DNA of 64,000 nt. Source: Balanoglossus misakiensis (taxonomy: Eukaryota > Animalia > Hemichordata). Positions 13,001 to 23,719 of the stretch are shown one piece after another. The notes under the pieces were generated by a model. The model was not told the DNA's origin. It did not search any database and saw only the letters and a program-made list of their open reading frames with translations. Each line of letters opens with the position of its first letter. Position 1 is the first letter of the stretch. A program made the translations under genes and the position numbers. Where the stretch lies: the NCBI GenBank assembly GCA_040954595.2, contig CM082578.2, positions 2,524,831 through 2,588,830 of the forward strand, written 5' to 3'.

Positions 13001-14296
13001 CCACTCGGCGTTACTAAGGTTATCAAGCGTATCCAATACCCGGGGTAATGCGTAAGCGTCTTTAATGGTTTTGGCGTTGAGACGTCTATAATCAATACAC
13101 ACCCTCAGCTTCCCATCAGGTTTTCTGACACATACAACATTTGAGGACCACGGGCTGTTTGATTCTCTAATCACACCACTCTGTAGCATATCTTGCAGGT
13201 ACTGTTGCAATTCTTCGTACATACCCATAGGGATTCGACGGTATTTATCTTTAAAGGGGGTTTCATCCGTTAACTTTATCGAATGTGTTACCAATGTTGT
13301 GTGTCCCAAATCTCTCTCACCTGTAGAGAACACGGTTTGCCATTTACCAATGGTAGCCAAGGCTTGGTCTTTCTGGATTTCTGTTAATTCTGTATCTGCC
13401 TCTTGTAATCCCAGGTCTTTTATCAGCCAATCGGGTACTTTTGGTGAGGTGGTCCCATCTGAGTTTGTATCAATATCATCTCCATATGGATCTAAAGGCT
13501 GTGAGACATTAGATGCTAAGTTCATGTTACATAGGGTGCTTTTAGGGGGAACTGTGACAGCACGTGCTCCATAGTTGGTCACCATTACTGGGATTCGACA
13601 CGAATTACCACGAGGCTCTAACTTCAACACGGCTGGAGTAACAAGTAAACCACCAGGTAAAAGTCTGTCATTTTCTGGTTCCACCACAACTACTGATTGA
13701 CAATTTCTTAGGTCCACTCTGCAAAATCCATGGATGACTGTGCGTTCGTATGGTCCAATGGTTGTGGGTTTAGTAGTGGTAACTGTAAATGTCCTACCTT
13801 CGGCCCTCTGCCGGTGGATAGTCGCTTGGTATGCTAGTCTCCATACTGAGGATAGGTCTGTACTGTACTGTGTATCTTCATCCACAAAATGTTGGAGAAC
13901 ATTTGTGCCTATCACAACTGGAACCATCTGATTATATTCCGTGTCTTCAACAACAAGCAATAATATATCTTTAGACATCTCTTGTCCATGGCTATCTGGG
14001 AATTTCACTTCAACTTCAATATAACCAAGGTAAGGAACTTCTGTACCACTAGCCCCTTCTACCTTCACCAAGTTGTTCAGGTCATGAATTGGTTTCTGTA
14101 GCTTCTCTCTGTTAAAAGTGTCAGCAACAGTAGATACCATGGACCCGGTGTCTATCAGCGCAATACACGAGGATCCTTCCAACACAATTTCAGTTTCATT
14201 GGCGTGGCCTATTAAAGAATCAATAACATTAGAGGGACTGTTACCGTTCCGACCTAGCGCATGTCCCTCCGGATGCCTGGTCGCTCCCCATTTAAA
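10037..14296 (-). CDS. pol: Gypsy Pol polyprotein (protease, RT, RNase H, integrase), entered by -1 frameshift from gag
   Basis: LIDTGS protease; YLDD RT; TDAS..GAVL RNase H; HHCC zinc finger; IDFL / HSDQG / GMCERFN integrase core; frame open from the slippery site at 14296 through the listed ORF 10037-14185. Confidence 0.95.
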   Translation of the reverse strand, partial: FKWGATRHPEGHALGRNGNSPSNVIDSLIGHANETEIVLEGSSCIALIDTGSMVSTVADTFNREKLQKPIHDLNNLVKVEGASGTEVPYLGYIEVEVKFPDSHGQEMSKDILLLVVEDTEYNQMVPVVIGTNVLQHFVDEDTQYSTDLSSVWRLAYQATIHRQRAEGRTFTVTTTKPTTIGPYERTVIHGFCRVDLRNCQSVVVVEPENDRLLPGGLLVTPAVLKLEPRGNSCRIPVMVTNYGARAVTVPPKSTLCNMNLASNVSQPLDPYGDDIDTNSDGTTSPKVPDWLIKDLGLQEADTELTEIQKDQALATIGKWQTVFSTGERDLGHTTLVTHSIKLTDETPFKDKYRRIPMGMYEELQQYLQDMLQSGVIRESNSPWSSNVVCVRKPDGKLRVCIDYRRLNAKTIKDAYALPRVLDTLDNLSNAEWFSSLDLRSGYYQVQMAEDDKAKTAFTVGNFGLFEFNRMSMGLTNAPATFQRLMEKCFGELAFRECCVYLDDIIVFSKTFEDHLNRLERVFQRLASHGLKLKATKCVLFQKKVKYLGHVVSADGITTDPDKVAALKEWPIPTTVTELRRFLGFAGYYRRFIQSYSNIAKPLNDLLCGRQSRNKAGKFEKLQWGQQEQQAFDTLRKSLMSSPILAFADYSLPFEIHTDASSTGLGAVLYQRQKGILRVIAYASRGLTKSESNYPAHKLEFLALKWAVTKKFNDYLYGSKFTVFTDNNPLTYVLTSAKLDAVGHRWLSDLSLYDFSIVYRSGKKNIEADALSRIPWNRENPETETNLGADVVQALCRATEGPYVTSFGMVADEDRPAVVQGGDDVFWKTEQSKDSTIRYVTDQLEKDHKPLMRDHTGDIRLLIQDWKRLVLKNGVLYRKCFIDDIQYLQLVLPVHHRKDVLEELHDKLGHFGQDKTLDLVRRRFYWPRMSMDVQKKVEHCLPCIRRKSSTSLPRTPLVNIHTSQPMEMVCIDFLHIPTPDQGYSNILVMTDHFTRYAIAVPTKNQSAKTTAKALFEHLILHYGFPGRLHSDQGRNFESSTIQELCRIANIKKSRTTPYHPQGNGMCERFNKTLLQMLGTMNEDNKTRWASHVNTMVHAYNSTKHESTGYSPFFLMFGREPRLPIDVSGHADQTNLEYGGTVSDYVTKLAERLDYAYKVATERSVKSGERQKKSYDRKVKVAIIQPGDTVLVKNTGPKDNYKLADQWEKDPYTVISQPIEDIPVYVVQKQVKGGRKRTLHRNLLLPIPIIPDELDDDVNTKMTQRDVKQSVPGVINDATQDAVDEDDDGIGKLQFVSTINLPTEHNALNPTAAEFIPSRRESSLMDNPTSMVNPDGPSQVLTSDFSNHILQSTDGWSSSDPDGITPATTNISPDSSSSTPPEPRYPTRQRRPPDRYSPEQWNLKQFSHTTLSSIPFINCHY
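14250..14296 (-). promoter_or_regulatory. Putative -1 ribosomal frameshift signal (slippery heptamer plus downstream stem-loop)
   Basis: T TTA AAT at 14296-14290 in the gag frame, followed after 6 nt by CGACC-AG-GCAT...ATGC-GCTA-GGTCG; the -1 frame is open into the protease. Confidence 0.75.
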
Positions 14297-15678
14297 GGAC
14301 AGTCTGTCTTTTTGTGTCCATGTTCACCACACTTGAAGCAGTTGCCTGGGAAAACTTGTTTGGGTTGGCGAGTTCCATCGTTGCCACGCCGATCCCGGCC
14401 ATTTTCATTGTTGACACGTCGGCGAAAAGTAGACTCTGGAGTTGATGATGTTGAAGTTCGCTTCTCTAGTTCAGCAACCTTCTCAGCTAAGTTCTTCAGA
14501 CCTTTGGTAAGTTCCTCCAATTTGGTTATCATTGTCTTGTCAGCAACAGTTGCTTGGTGAACCCTGGTAGTGGTCTCCCTATTTACTTCAAGCTTTCTTG
14601 CGGCTAGCAACAATCCTGAATAATCTTCTCCCGTATCATATCGGTGTCTGATTGCATTCTTAATGTGCTCATCTGACAGGCCAGAAAAGAATTTGGTTCG
14701 AAGCATGGTTTCTTCTGAATTACTAGAGATGGACTGACCTGATCTGAGTTCATCCAAAAGTCCTTCGATGCGACAGGCCCATTCTGCTACCTTTTCTGTC
14801 TTCGTTTGTCGTGCTGTATAGAATTTTTCCAAAACTGCTTCCGGTGGCAATACTTTCCCAAAGACCATGTCCATCTTCGCCATCAATCGGGACACTGTGA
14901 TGTCTTCTCCCATATGTAGTAGGACTTCAGCAGCGGACGCTCGTAGGGATTTCCGAACAGCCTGCATAATTATGGTCTCCGGAAACACATTCTCCCTCTG
15001 TAGTGCTCGAACTTCATATCGCCACATTTCATAAGTGACATCACCTTTGCCAGAGAAGACGACTATTCTTGGGAATTCCACCGAGTGAAAAGCAGTAGTG
15101 GCTGTGGCTGGCTGTGCAGCAGCTGCTTGGGCAGGTGAAGACATAATAAATGGTGAAGAATCTGCAACTGAAGTTGGTACTGGAAATGCTGGAAATGGAA
15201 TCGGCTGTGGCATAGGGGTTGATACGATTGGTTTCAGTGGAGCAGGTGATATGGCCTGTGCAACCGCTTTCCTATCTGCTTCAGACAGTAAACTCCACAT
15301 GTTAATAATTTCCTGTACATCTGCTTTGGGTTTGGATGTCTTGGGATCACTGGTTTCATTGTAATCTAGGCCAGTACTTTGTTCGGTTTCCTCAATTAAA
15401 TGCCACAGTTCCAACCCTCGGGCTGTGGTCACACGACTTGCCCGTAATTTGCTTTCTTCAAAAGTGCTTTTATGTATTACTGGCAGAGCGGCTGTGGCTG
15501 ATTCTATATTCTCAAATATGACAAAAGCGGAATCTTTATCAGAAATATAAATTTAATCAACCTGGGCCAAACCAAGCTGTAACTCGATAAATTCTCTAAA
15601 ATGTTTCTTTGTACATTCAAAAGGCAAGTGTTGCACATAAATGCTTCGCTCTTGAATTGATATTTTGGACACAGCCAT
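14254..15678 (-). CDS. gag: Gag with N-terminal RRM, PNMA-like capsid and CCHC knuckle; in-frame TAA at codon 42
   Basis: ATG at 15678 is in frame with ORF 14254-15432; SIYVQHLPFECTKKHFREF and DSAFVIFENIESATAAL; YEMWRYEV...AVRKSLR..AAEVL; CFKCGEHGHKKTDC; TAA at 15555-15553. Confidence 0.88.
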
Positions 15679-16732
15679 TTTTTTTCTTCCATAAAATGAG
15701 AGGCAATTTGGGAGGACTCTGACGTGTCGTTAAATACGATGCAATGCAAGCTATTTCACTGGAAAATCTTAACAATAATATCAGTATCTACTGGCATAGC
15801 ACATACGTTAACAGGGAATGAAATAAGCATAGAATAGCTTACAGACACTGCCAAAGGTTCTATAGAGACTAATGTATGATTTGGATGAATACGACCATTC
15901 ATGGACAGTCTCAATAATAATGAAACAACTAAATAACTAATACAATAATAAACTAACTCAAGTCAATATACAATATTTAACTTATAACTTAATATTTTTT
16001 TTTCAACAAGCGCTGACAATTTTTTTTTTCACGTCGTTTGGAAAATAATGAACTGAAATTTACAAAGAAAATTTATACTTCAGCACTTAACCAAAATGTA
16101 CTGTTGAAAGAAAATAATTTTTTTTTTTCCGTTAAAGCAGGCTAAAGGCAACAAAACAGGGGTTTATATCCACATGGAGCCCACTTCAACAATTAAATCA
16201 AAGTCAAAACTACTTTGACCACATTGCCTTATATAGACAATATTGAAATTTCTAAGAAAAATTTACAAACATTACGTTACACCAGGTTCTACGGCGAATA
16301 ACCAGAAAGTTCGTTGGCAATAAAATACCCAGTCCACAAGTTCAAGTCCGAAGTTATCACAGATGGAAACTATGCGCCACGGACGGAATTTATGCGCACT
16401 GTCTATAGTTCGCACGGAATAACACTGTCAAGTTCTGGACACACAATACCTTGTATACCGCGATGAACACTTCACACTAAACAGTTCCGGCCGGTAACAG
16501 TTCAGCGACTTCACCACTTGGCACTCTGCAGAGAATTTTCCTCGCCGTTGACGCTTGGACCTGGCTCCCGTCTGTCTGCAGTCCGGGTGGCTCCCCAAGG
16601 ACGTCCAGCTCAGCGAAAGACACACCTGGTTGGGCGTTGTCCGTTGTCCAGACACTTCTGACCAGTTAAAACATGGCACTTGTCAGTATCATCCTCTCCG
16701 TCCCGAAAAAAGAACTTGCGTAGGAATTGCCA

Positions 16733-16751
16733 AATCCTGCCGACTACGCCA
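16733..16751 (-). promoter_or_regulatory. Primer binding site complementary to the tRNA-Ser 3' end
   Basis: TGGCGTAGTCGGCAGGATT 2 nt inside the 5' LTR; complements the conserved eukaryotic tRNA-Ser end AATCCTGCCGACTACGCCA. Confidence 0.9.
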
Positions 16752-16753
16752 TT

Positions 16754-17395
16754 TGTCACGGTTGTCGCCGTTCATTCCAACATATTCACACCAAACAGGT
16801 TACGGTTAACAAAGACATAGGCCTTACATTTAATAACTGAAATGGAACAAATACATGTCAGTTCCAACGTGTGTGGCCGGTCTGGCTACAGAGGTGAACT
16901 GCTAAATTACACACATGTATGGGAGTTCACCTCCAACAGAATACACCAAAATTCATGCAAGTGAAAAATATAGACATACAATTGGAAAATTGACGCAAGT
17001 TAAAGACACCAATTACTTGTGCTGAAATGAGTCGGTAGAATGCACCAAAATACAAAGCTTCAAGCAACAGGTAAGGTACAAGGAAACTAACCTGAAATGG
17101 AACAAATACATGTCAGTTCCAACGTGTGTGGCCGGTCTGGCTACAGAGGTGAACTGACTAATTTTATGCACCATGTCCTTTTATATCAGCAATTACATCA
17201 TAGTGCCAGATTAGCTTGTGTTCATTGGTCAAATGAAACTTCCAGGTGGTTTGCATATAATTAAGATCAACCAATTGAAGGTAAGTACTATTACGTCATA
17301 TGAATAATTGAATAACTAATTACTATAAGATACAGGTATAACATACATACAGATATACATGTATACAAATTCAATGGATCAACAAGGCCGTTACA
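16754..17395 (-). repeat. 5' LTR
   Basis: 642-bp direct repeat of 9336-9977, adjacent to the PBS. Confidence 0.97.
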
Positions 17396-18010
17396 CGTCC
17401 AAGAATAAAGAATTACACCACACAACGACAGTAGTTGGCTTTATAAACACACACAACATAAAGTTATCGACGAAAAAGTACACGAGCTTTTGAAACAACG
17501 ATGATTTTGGGAGAAATCTGGTTTCAGTGCTTTTCAGAAGCGTCCCTGGGAAACAATAACCACGCCATTCAAACAGTTGTCAATCGCGTGGAAGTGTAAA
17601 GTGTTCAATTATTTTCTGTGTACATGAGAGCAATTACACAGTCATTATGCACGACGACCACTCCCAAATAAACAACTATACAAACACACGTTAATCCGAA
17701 CCCCCGGTACTTTCCGCACCGGGGTTTAAAGTGGCCGAACATCTGGCACCATCACAGGAGATTGGTGATGGCTCCACTAAACGACTGCTCACATGTATAC
17801 GAATCACAATAACTGTTATTTGTCCGAGTTCGAGTCGATAAGCCCGTTTTCATAAGTCTAGCCTTGGATGCAAACTAGGAAAATGGAAGAAACTACATCG
17901 GGGAAATGTTTCACACATTCTTAGCAAAAGTCATCCAAATATCAAATGTGCGTGTTGTTATGATATTAAACTGTTCCCTGATACAAATTAAAGAGTGTTA
18001 GACTTAGTTT

Positions 18011-18016
18011 GCGTGC

Positions 18017-18079
<63 letters not shown>

Positions 18080-18088
18080 CGCGCGCGC
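18011..18088. repeat. (GC)n(GT)n(GC)n microsatellite
   Basis: Alternating purine-pyrimidine run seen directly. Confidence 0.95.
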
Positions 18089-18192
18089 ACTGGAGTTGTG
18101 AACCGTATCTCAGTTGCACATCTGAAAGCTATCCTAATAAACGGATTTTGAAATAAGTCAGATTAGGGTTAATCCATTTGATTTTGATTTTA

Positions 18193-18919
18193 TGGACCGT
18201 TCAGTTTTTAGGGCTGGGTTGGGGGGGGGGGTCGGCATGTTTGTGTTATTGGTTTTCAAAATCAGGCAGACCCGCCTTCACCAAGGACCAAAAAATGGCA
18301 ACCCCCTTTTGACAGGCAAAAAATATGATGACCCCCCCCCCCCGAAAACATTAAACAACTACCTGTTGAAGAAAAAGGCTTGTTTCCAAGAGCGTGCTCG
18401 CGGTCCTCATCTTATGTACACTGTAGATAAACGGAAAGAGACTCCCCACACTTTAATTATAAATAAAAGGTGTAAAATAGTATAGTGTTGCGGTAAAGTT
18501 AAAATGACAAGTCAATACAATAGTTGGTAGAATTGGTAAAACAAGAACAGAACAAATTAAATCAATGTTGAGGATGACAAATTTTACTTTTGCCACTCAA
18601 AGTTAGCATCGGTAGAGTGGGGTGGCAAGTACTCTGCCCTGGTACACTAGACAAAACAGCCAATAAATGAAATGTGGTGAAGAATGGGGTAGGTGTGTTG
18701 GTGTGGGAATGGGGTGCCCCCCTCCCACATTAGAAAATTTTGTAAAATAAAGGGCTCAAAACTGCATTTTTGTGGACGCAAGCGCAAAACTGGGGGGGGG
18801 GGGGCAAAAGTATGTGACCCCTCAAACGTTTCGAAAATAAAGATGATTTGGATTTCAAACTTTAAGTGACTCACCCCTGGATTTTGCCGGCCCTCAGGCT
18901 GTAAAAACTTAACGGTCCC
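18193..18919. mobile_element. PIF/Harbinger-like MITE, shorter relative of 56347-57489
   Basis: TIR (G)GGACCGTTCAGTTTTTA; TSD TTA on both sides; internal similarity to the 56-kb copy. Confidence 0.85.
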
Positions 18920-21319
18920 TTAGTATGAGCCAAAGTGTTTGAAAGCAATGAAGCATTATGGCATAGTTTTGAGGCAAAGCAAAATTTAATTAATTGAGTT
19001 TTAAAACACTCGTCAAAATGGGTTACATAACAAATTTAGACCGAACAATGTCTTTATGCAGTTAAGTACCGCTAAACAGCTCAACATAAAGTGAGATGCT
19101 CCACAGATATGTTCCGACAAATAGCTGCATATGTATTTTGAATTACTTTACAATTTCTTACGTATAATTTTTGATAGTGAACATTTGTAGATTAAACCCT
19201 CATTTGGGTCATGTTACATAGTGCAAACTCTTTTAGGGTTTCCTGGGCGCTGCGAAAAAAGCACAGACACCCAAGAATATGTGGGAGTGGACCTTTTCTT
19301 ATTTCTACAATTTTGGCCAATGTGTCATCATGAAGCGTATGTTTATGATTTTATACAAGAACCTCCTCAGGTGGTGATTGTATGCGTCTTATAATATATC
19401 GAGCATTTAAAACACACTAACCTCGAGTGTTTCAAAAACAGGGTATCCCCCCCCCCCCCCCAGCTGGAAACACTGACCAGGTGGCAATTTCTTATATTAA
19501 TTTATTTCTTCATTACTTCATTTGGCTTAGTAGAATTAGTATTTTTGAAAAGGCTAGAAGTTATCAGGTTTTAATATGTGTCGCTTGAATGATAAAAAGT
19601 AATCGACTGAAGGAAAAATAGGCGACGATTATAATCCATGTGAGAATACTATGATGATGACTCATCATTCTGAATTGAGAAAGAAGAAAGAAGTCGTAGT
19701 TTATACTGATGGTGAGGGCGCTGTTTGAGATAATTACATGTTTCGGGTACATCAATAGAACTTAGCATTTTGCCTGAAGTATGTTGAAGCTCCATCAGCT
19801 GCAACTGTTGGGAAATCATCATATACAGATGTATGCACTGAAGTATGTATATAGGTATTATAAACCCTAAGTATGAGTGCATATGCAAGTTTGATCCATG
19901 GTACATTTCAGCCAACCAAAAAATCGATTGAAAAAAGCTACATGTCAATTTAATATGGTTTCTTCATCTTGATTATTAAATTTTAGGCTTACTCTTGGTA
20001 ACTTGAAAATTGGGATAACTGAAAGAGTGCAATGTTGGAAATGACGTTCGTCGGAGGGAAATTTGAATGGCCACCTTCACAGCAGCAGTATATAACAATG
20101 TCCCATATATCAATCTAATCTCAGATGAAGGATTTGTAATTAAAATCCAGAATTGGGAATTCCTGAGAAAATAAGTTTGCCATACTAAAAGAAAACTTTA
20201 CAAGCAGCAATTTTTGCCAGAAATTAACATACAAAGTTTGCCCCAAATTGTACTTCTTCAATTAAAAATGCCAATAAAGCCACCAAATTACCATCAGGGA
20301 TTCAAACTCGACTGTATCACACTTACTGACTCAAATGCAAATGTAGTTGAATTCTTTTTTTACCCGGTGTGCACTCACAGTCCCCAGGCCTTTCCCTTTG
20401 AATTTTACATAAAAGATGGAAAAACATTCACTCATATATATACACACACACACACACATACATACCATACATGCAATGCACAGATACATAAAGATGGAAG
20501 GCGACTGATCCCAAATCTCCCATCCGTATAAAATGGAAGATGACCAAAAGAAAAAAAATGCTGCTTGTAAAGTTTTCTTTTGGTATGGCCAATTCTTCAT
20601 TTTGGTTCTCATACGGAAATGAATCATTTTGCTTTGTGACCCAGACCAATATTTTGATCTGTGCAACACTCTCTATGGTCCAAATTTGTATTTTTACAGT
20701 CTTTTGATGTCATAATTGCTACAGAAAGAGTATGTATTTGAAGAAGGAGTTATATCTATGACTGACCATAATTACCACAACACTAACATTCAGAAAATTC
20801 AGAAAAAAAAGAAAACATCTTCCCTATTCAGTTCAGATAACAAACTTTATTGCCTTATTGTGTTTCAAAATTGTGTTGCAACATTCTTGACACAATTTTA
20901 TCAGATTATCACCTTTAGGAAATAAGTATTATATATTTATAGGTAATGTGCCGGCTAGTATGGTCATACTACATCATTGTAATATGACTACATGATGAGT
21001 ACATGTAACATTAATTGTATCAGTACTATGCACCAGCTGGATGGTGTACTGTATCAAGTCATCATCGATGACGTAGTTAACGCTGATTTTGTAGTGTTGA
21101 TTTTTGTGTTGCTTTGTTTTCGGATGTAGCAAATGCAGTTTTGTAATAAATGTGCAAAGTTTTTTTTTCAGATTTATGCAATTAGACATACTTCCACAAG
21201 GTGGATTCGGGTGCATTTTAATATGTTGTTCTAGACATCTCTCCAAAATGCATTGTGAAGAAAAAAAATATGTTGCAATTTGTGGTGGGTTGGGTGCCCA
21301 AATCTCGTAGATTGACTGG

Positions 21320-21770
21320 ACTAACATAGATTAAACAACGGACACTTGGAAGAAGCTTGGGAGTATAAAGGCCAGACGCTTCCTCCACTCCAGGAACTAA
21401 CGTAGCGATGTTGGGAAGACAATTGTTGTCCACTACCAATACATCACATCTGGTTTTAGTGATCTGTTTTGCGAGGTCCTCTGATTTTAGAGATGTATCG
21501 AGTCGAACACAGACCAGTCCAGCTTTGACAGCTCCCAAGTAACCCACTACATATTCGTATTGCCTTCCAACTAGCAGTCCCAACCTTTCACCTCTTCGCA
21601 GACCGAGCTCCATCAAACCAGAAGCCAGCCCATCAACCTGACGTCTCAACTCTTTGAAAGTTATTCGCTTGACGGAACCATTCTTTCAGTAGTCAGTTAT
21701 TGCTCCTCTGTCAGGATAACAATCACTGGTTAAAACAAATTCGTACCACGTGGTTTATACAAAAGGAAAT
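21320..21770 (-). pseudogene. N-terminal fragment of an AMP-binding acyl-CoA synthetase (ACSF2-like)
   Basis: YPDRGAITDY*KNGSVKRITFKELRRQVDGLASGLMELGLRRGERLGLL...GAVKAGLVCVRLD; internal stop; similarity ends after VRCLIYV, before the AMP-binding P-loop. Confidence 0.75.
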
Positions 21771-21932
21771 CTCTGGGACGAAGGTGGATTAAAGGTCGAC
21801 GATCGTCTATGACATGTTACAAGTGAATAGCGCCCTCAATATTTCCTAGGCCTATCTGACAAGCAAGGGTCAATGGGTCTGCACTGTAAATTGTTCTTTT
21901 CACTTCATGCTTTGGACAGTACAATAAACACA

Positions 21933-22864
21933 ATGGCGAAGGAATGGCCAGGTTTCTTCTACAACGGTTGTTACTTCATAAACTGTGTCCATAACATAGA
22001 GACCGTACAGACCAATCCGATAGACACATGGGACGTAAGACACGACGATATCATCATTGTGACGTATATCAAATCAGGAACATACTGGATGTTGAAGGCC
22101 TTAACTAGCATGTATAGTGACCTAAATTTCTTACTGCCAGCCACAAAGAAAACAGTGCGCCTTGACCTACTTTACGAGGACGCTGATCATATACCTGGTA
22201 TGTATGGTGAACATGCAAAGGCTGTGAAGACATCCTTGCAGACGATGACGTCACCAAGGTTATTATTCTGCCATCTTCTTCCACAGTTATTCTCAAAGTC
22301 ATGGGTCAAAGGTGTAAAGATGTGTAAAGTTATACCACAGTGGCCAGAAATCCAAAAGATGTATGCGTGTCGTATTATAGCTATATGAAATCAATCCCTG
22401 GATCGAGATGGATTTGAATTGGAACGACTGGGTTAAGGCTTTCGTTCAGGGAAGAGTGTTGTACGGCTCTTGGTTGGATCATGTGTTGGCATGGAAACGA
22501 TACGCCCAGCAGGACAATGTGCTACACGTCACATTTGAAGATATGAAGAGAGATTTGAAATCTGTGTTGTGCCAGATCACAGATTTTCTGGATCGTCCGA
22601 AGTCAGATGAGGAAATTGAAAAAGTGGCTGAAAGTTGCAGTTTCGTTGCAATAAGTCAAGGGAAGGAAATCTTCCGTCAATATTCAATGGTTGGCGCGGA
22701 CACACATTCCTTTCCAGATGATGCTCGTCACCAGCGCAGAGGTCAAGTCGGTGATTGGAAAACACTTCACTGTCGCGCAAAATGAATTTTTTGATCGAGA
22801 AGTTACTGAGAAAGCCGAGGAACATGGATTGAAATTTGTTTATGATATGAGAGACATTTTTTAG
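21933..22864 (+). pseudogene. Intronless cytosolic sulfotransferase with about 3 frameshifts
   Basis: TYIKSGTYW (5'-PSB), SPRLLFCHL, ARNPKDVCVSYY (3'-PB, shifted frame), YGSWLDHV, FEDMKRD, RRGQVGDWK-HFTVAQNE; frameshifts near 22335, 22405, 22762. Confidence 0.9.
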
Positions 22865-23039
22865 TTGTAGAAACATAGAATTAAATTTCTGTCATGATGG
22901 AAATTGCACACAGATGATGTTATATTCATTCCGATATGTGAAGTTGCCAGAGCAGGTTCTACTGCAGGAACTTTGTAGCAGAATTTCAGCACATGGGAAA
23001 TTTCACAGATTTCACTTCAACTTTATGAGATGCGATCTA

Positions 23040-23125
23040 TATTGTAGAATCTTTGGGCCATCCCAAGTCAGAGGAAGAAGTTAAGCAAACAGTAGAAAGT
23101 TGTAGCTTTGCTGAAATGAGTGAAA
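23040..23125 (+). pseudogene. Fragment of a second, diverged sulfotransferase copy
   Basis: IVESLGHPKSEEEVKQTVESCSFAEMS parallels ITDFLDRPKSDEEIEKVAESCSFVAIS of the upstream gene. Confidence 0.7.
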
Positions 23126-23367
23126 AAAATGTGACAATGGCCTTACACTAAAAGTTACACTTTATTTCTCAATACTGTTTATCTTAACTTATCTGAACAT
23201 AAAACCTCTGCAATGAAGTTACAACGGAGGCAGAGATGCTACATTTTTCTACTGTAACCAGAAAAACAATAGAAATAATGCACTAAAAAAAATATCTGCA
23301 TTAAGTCATGTGGCATATGGTCAGTCTATATTGCAATGCTGGCAGAAAACGAAGGAAATGTATGATA

Positions 23368-23542
23368 CTGTCAAACCTGACTGTGTATTTAGTGGCCAGT
23401 CAAGGGACTTTCATAAACTGGCCTTTATAGACAGGTGGTCTTTATATAGAGGTCAATTAATGCATGTGTAATTTGTAAATTGCACAGGGACCGTAACATA
23501 GTGGCCACTATATAGAGGTGGTCACTAACACAGGTTTGACTG
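23368..23542. mobile_element. Tc1/mariner(pogo)-type MITE
   Basis: TA|C(T/A)GTCAAACCTG ... CAGGTTTGACTG|TA. Confidence 0.75.
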
Positions 23543-23719
23543 TACAAAGATTTGGTAATAATTGATCTTTGCAGTGTCAATGTCTGACAAAAAAACCCAC
23601 CAAGTAATGTAATTGTCGGGTGGCAGAATCCATCTGGTATAATTGCCCATCTTACTGTGCATCTGAAATGTTAGATTTAAACATGGATTCCTTTTTATCT
23701 ATCAGACCGGAGGTGCATC

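Larger units (their letters stand above)
9336..17395 (-). mobile_element. Full-length Ty3/Gypsy LTR retrotransposon (8060 bp)
   Basis: Two 642-bp TG...CA LTRs, PBS, gag, pol (PR-RT-RH-IN); flanks GGTC / CGTC form an imperfect 4-bp TSD. Confidence 0.98.
9224..17725. mobile_element. About 440-bp TTAA-flanked MITE split by the Gypsy insertion
   Basis: TTAA|ACCCCGGTGCGG at 9220-9235 and CCGCACCGGGGT|TTAA at 17714-17729. Confidence 0.6.

Noticed and set aside
10317-15364. Plus-strand ORFs within the Gypsy element, and similar ORFs opposite the zinc-finger, Academ and LINE genes
   Set aside because: Antisense shadows of real coding frames, with no motifs of their own.
20428-20649. FIRMGDLG as the TGD motif of the acyl-CoA synthetase
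   Set aside because: Only a few residues match, and the surrounding sequence is low-complexity and runs into a CA repeat.
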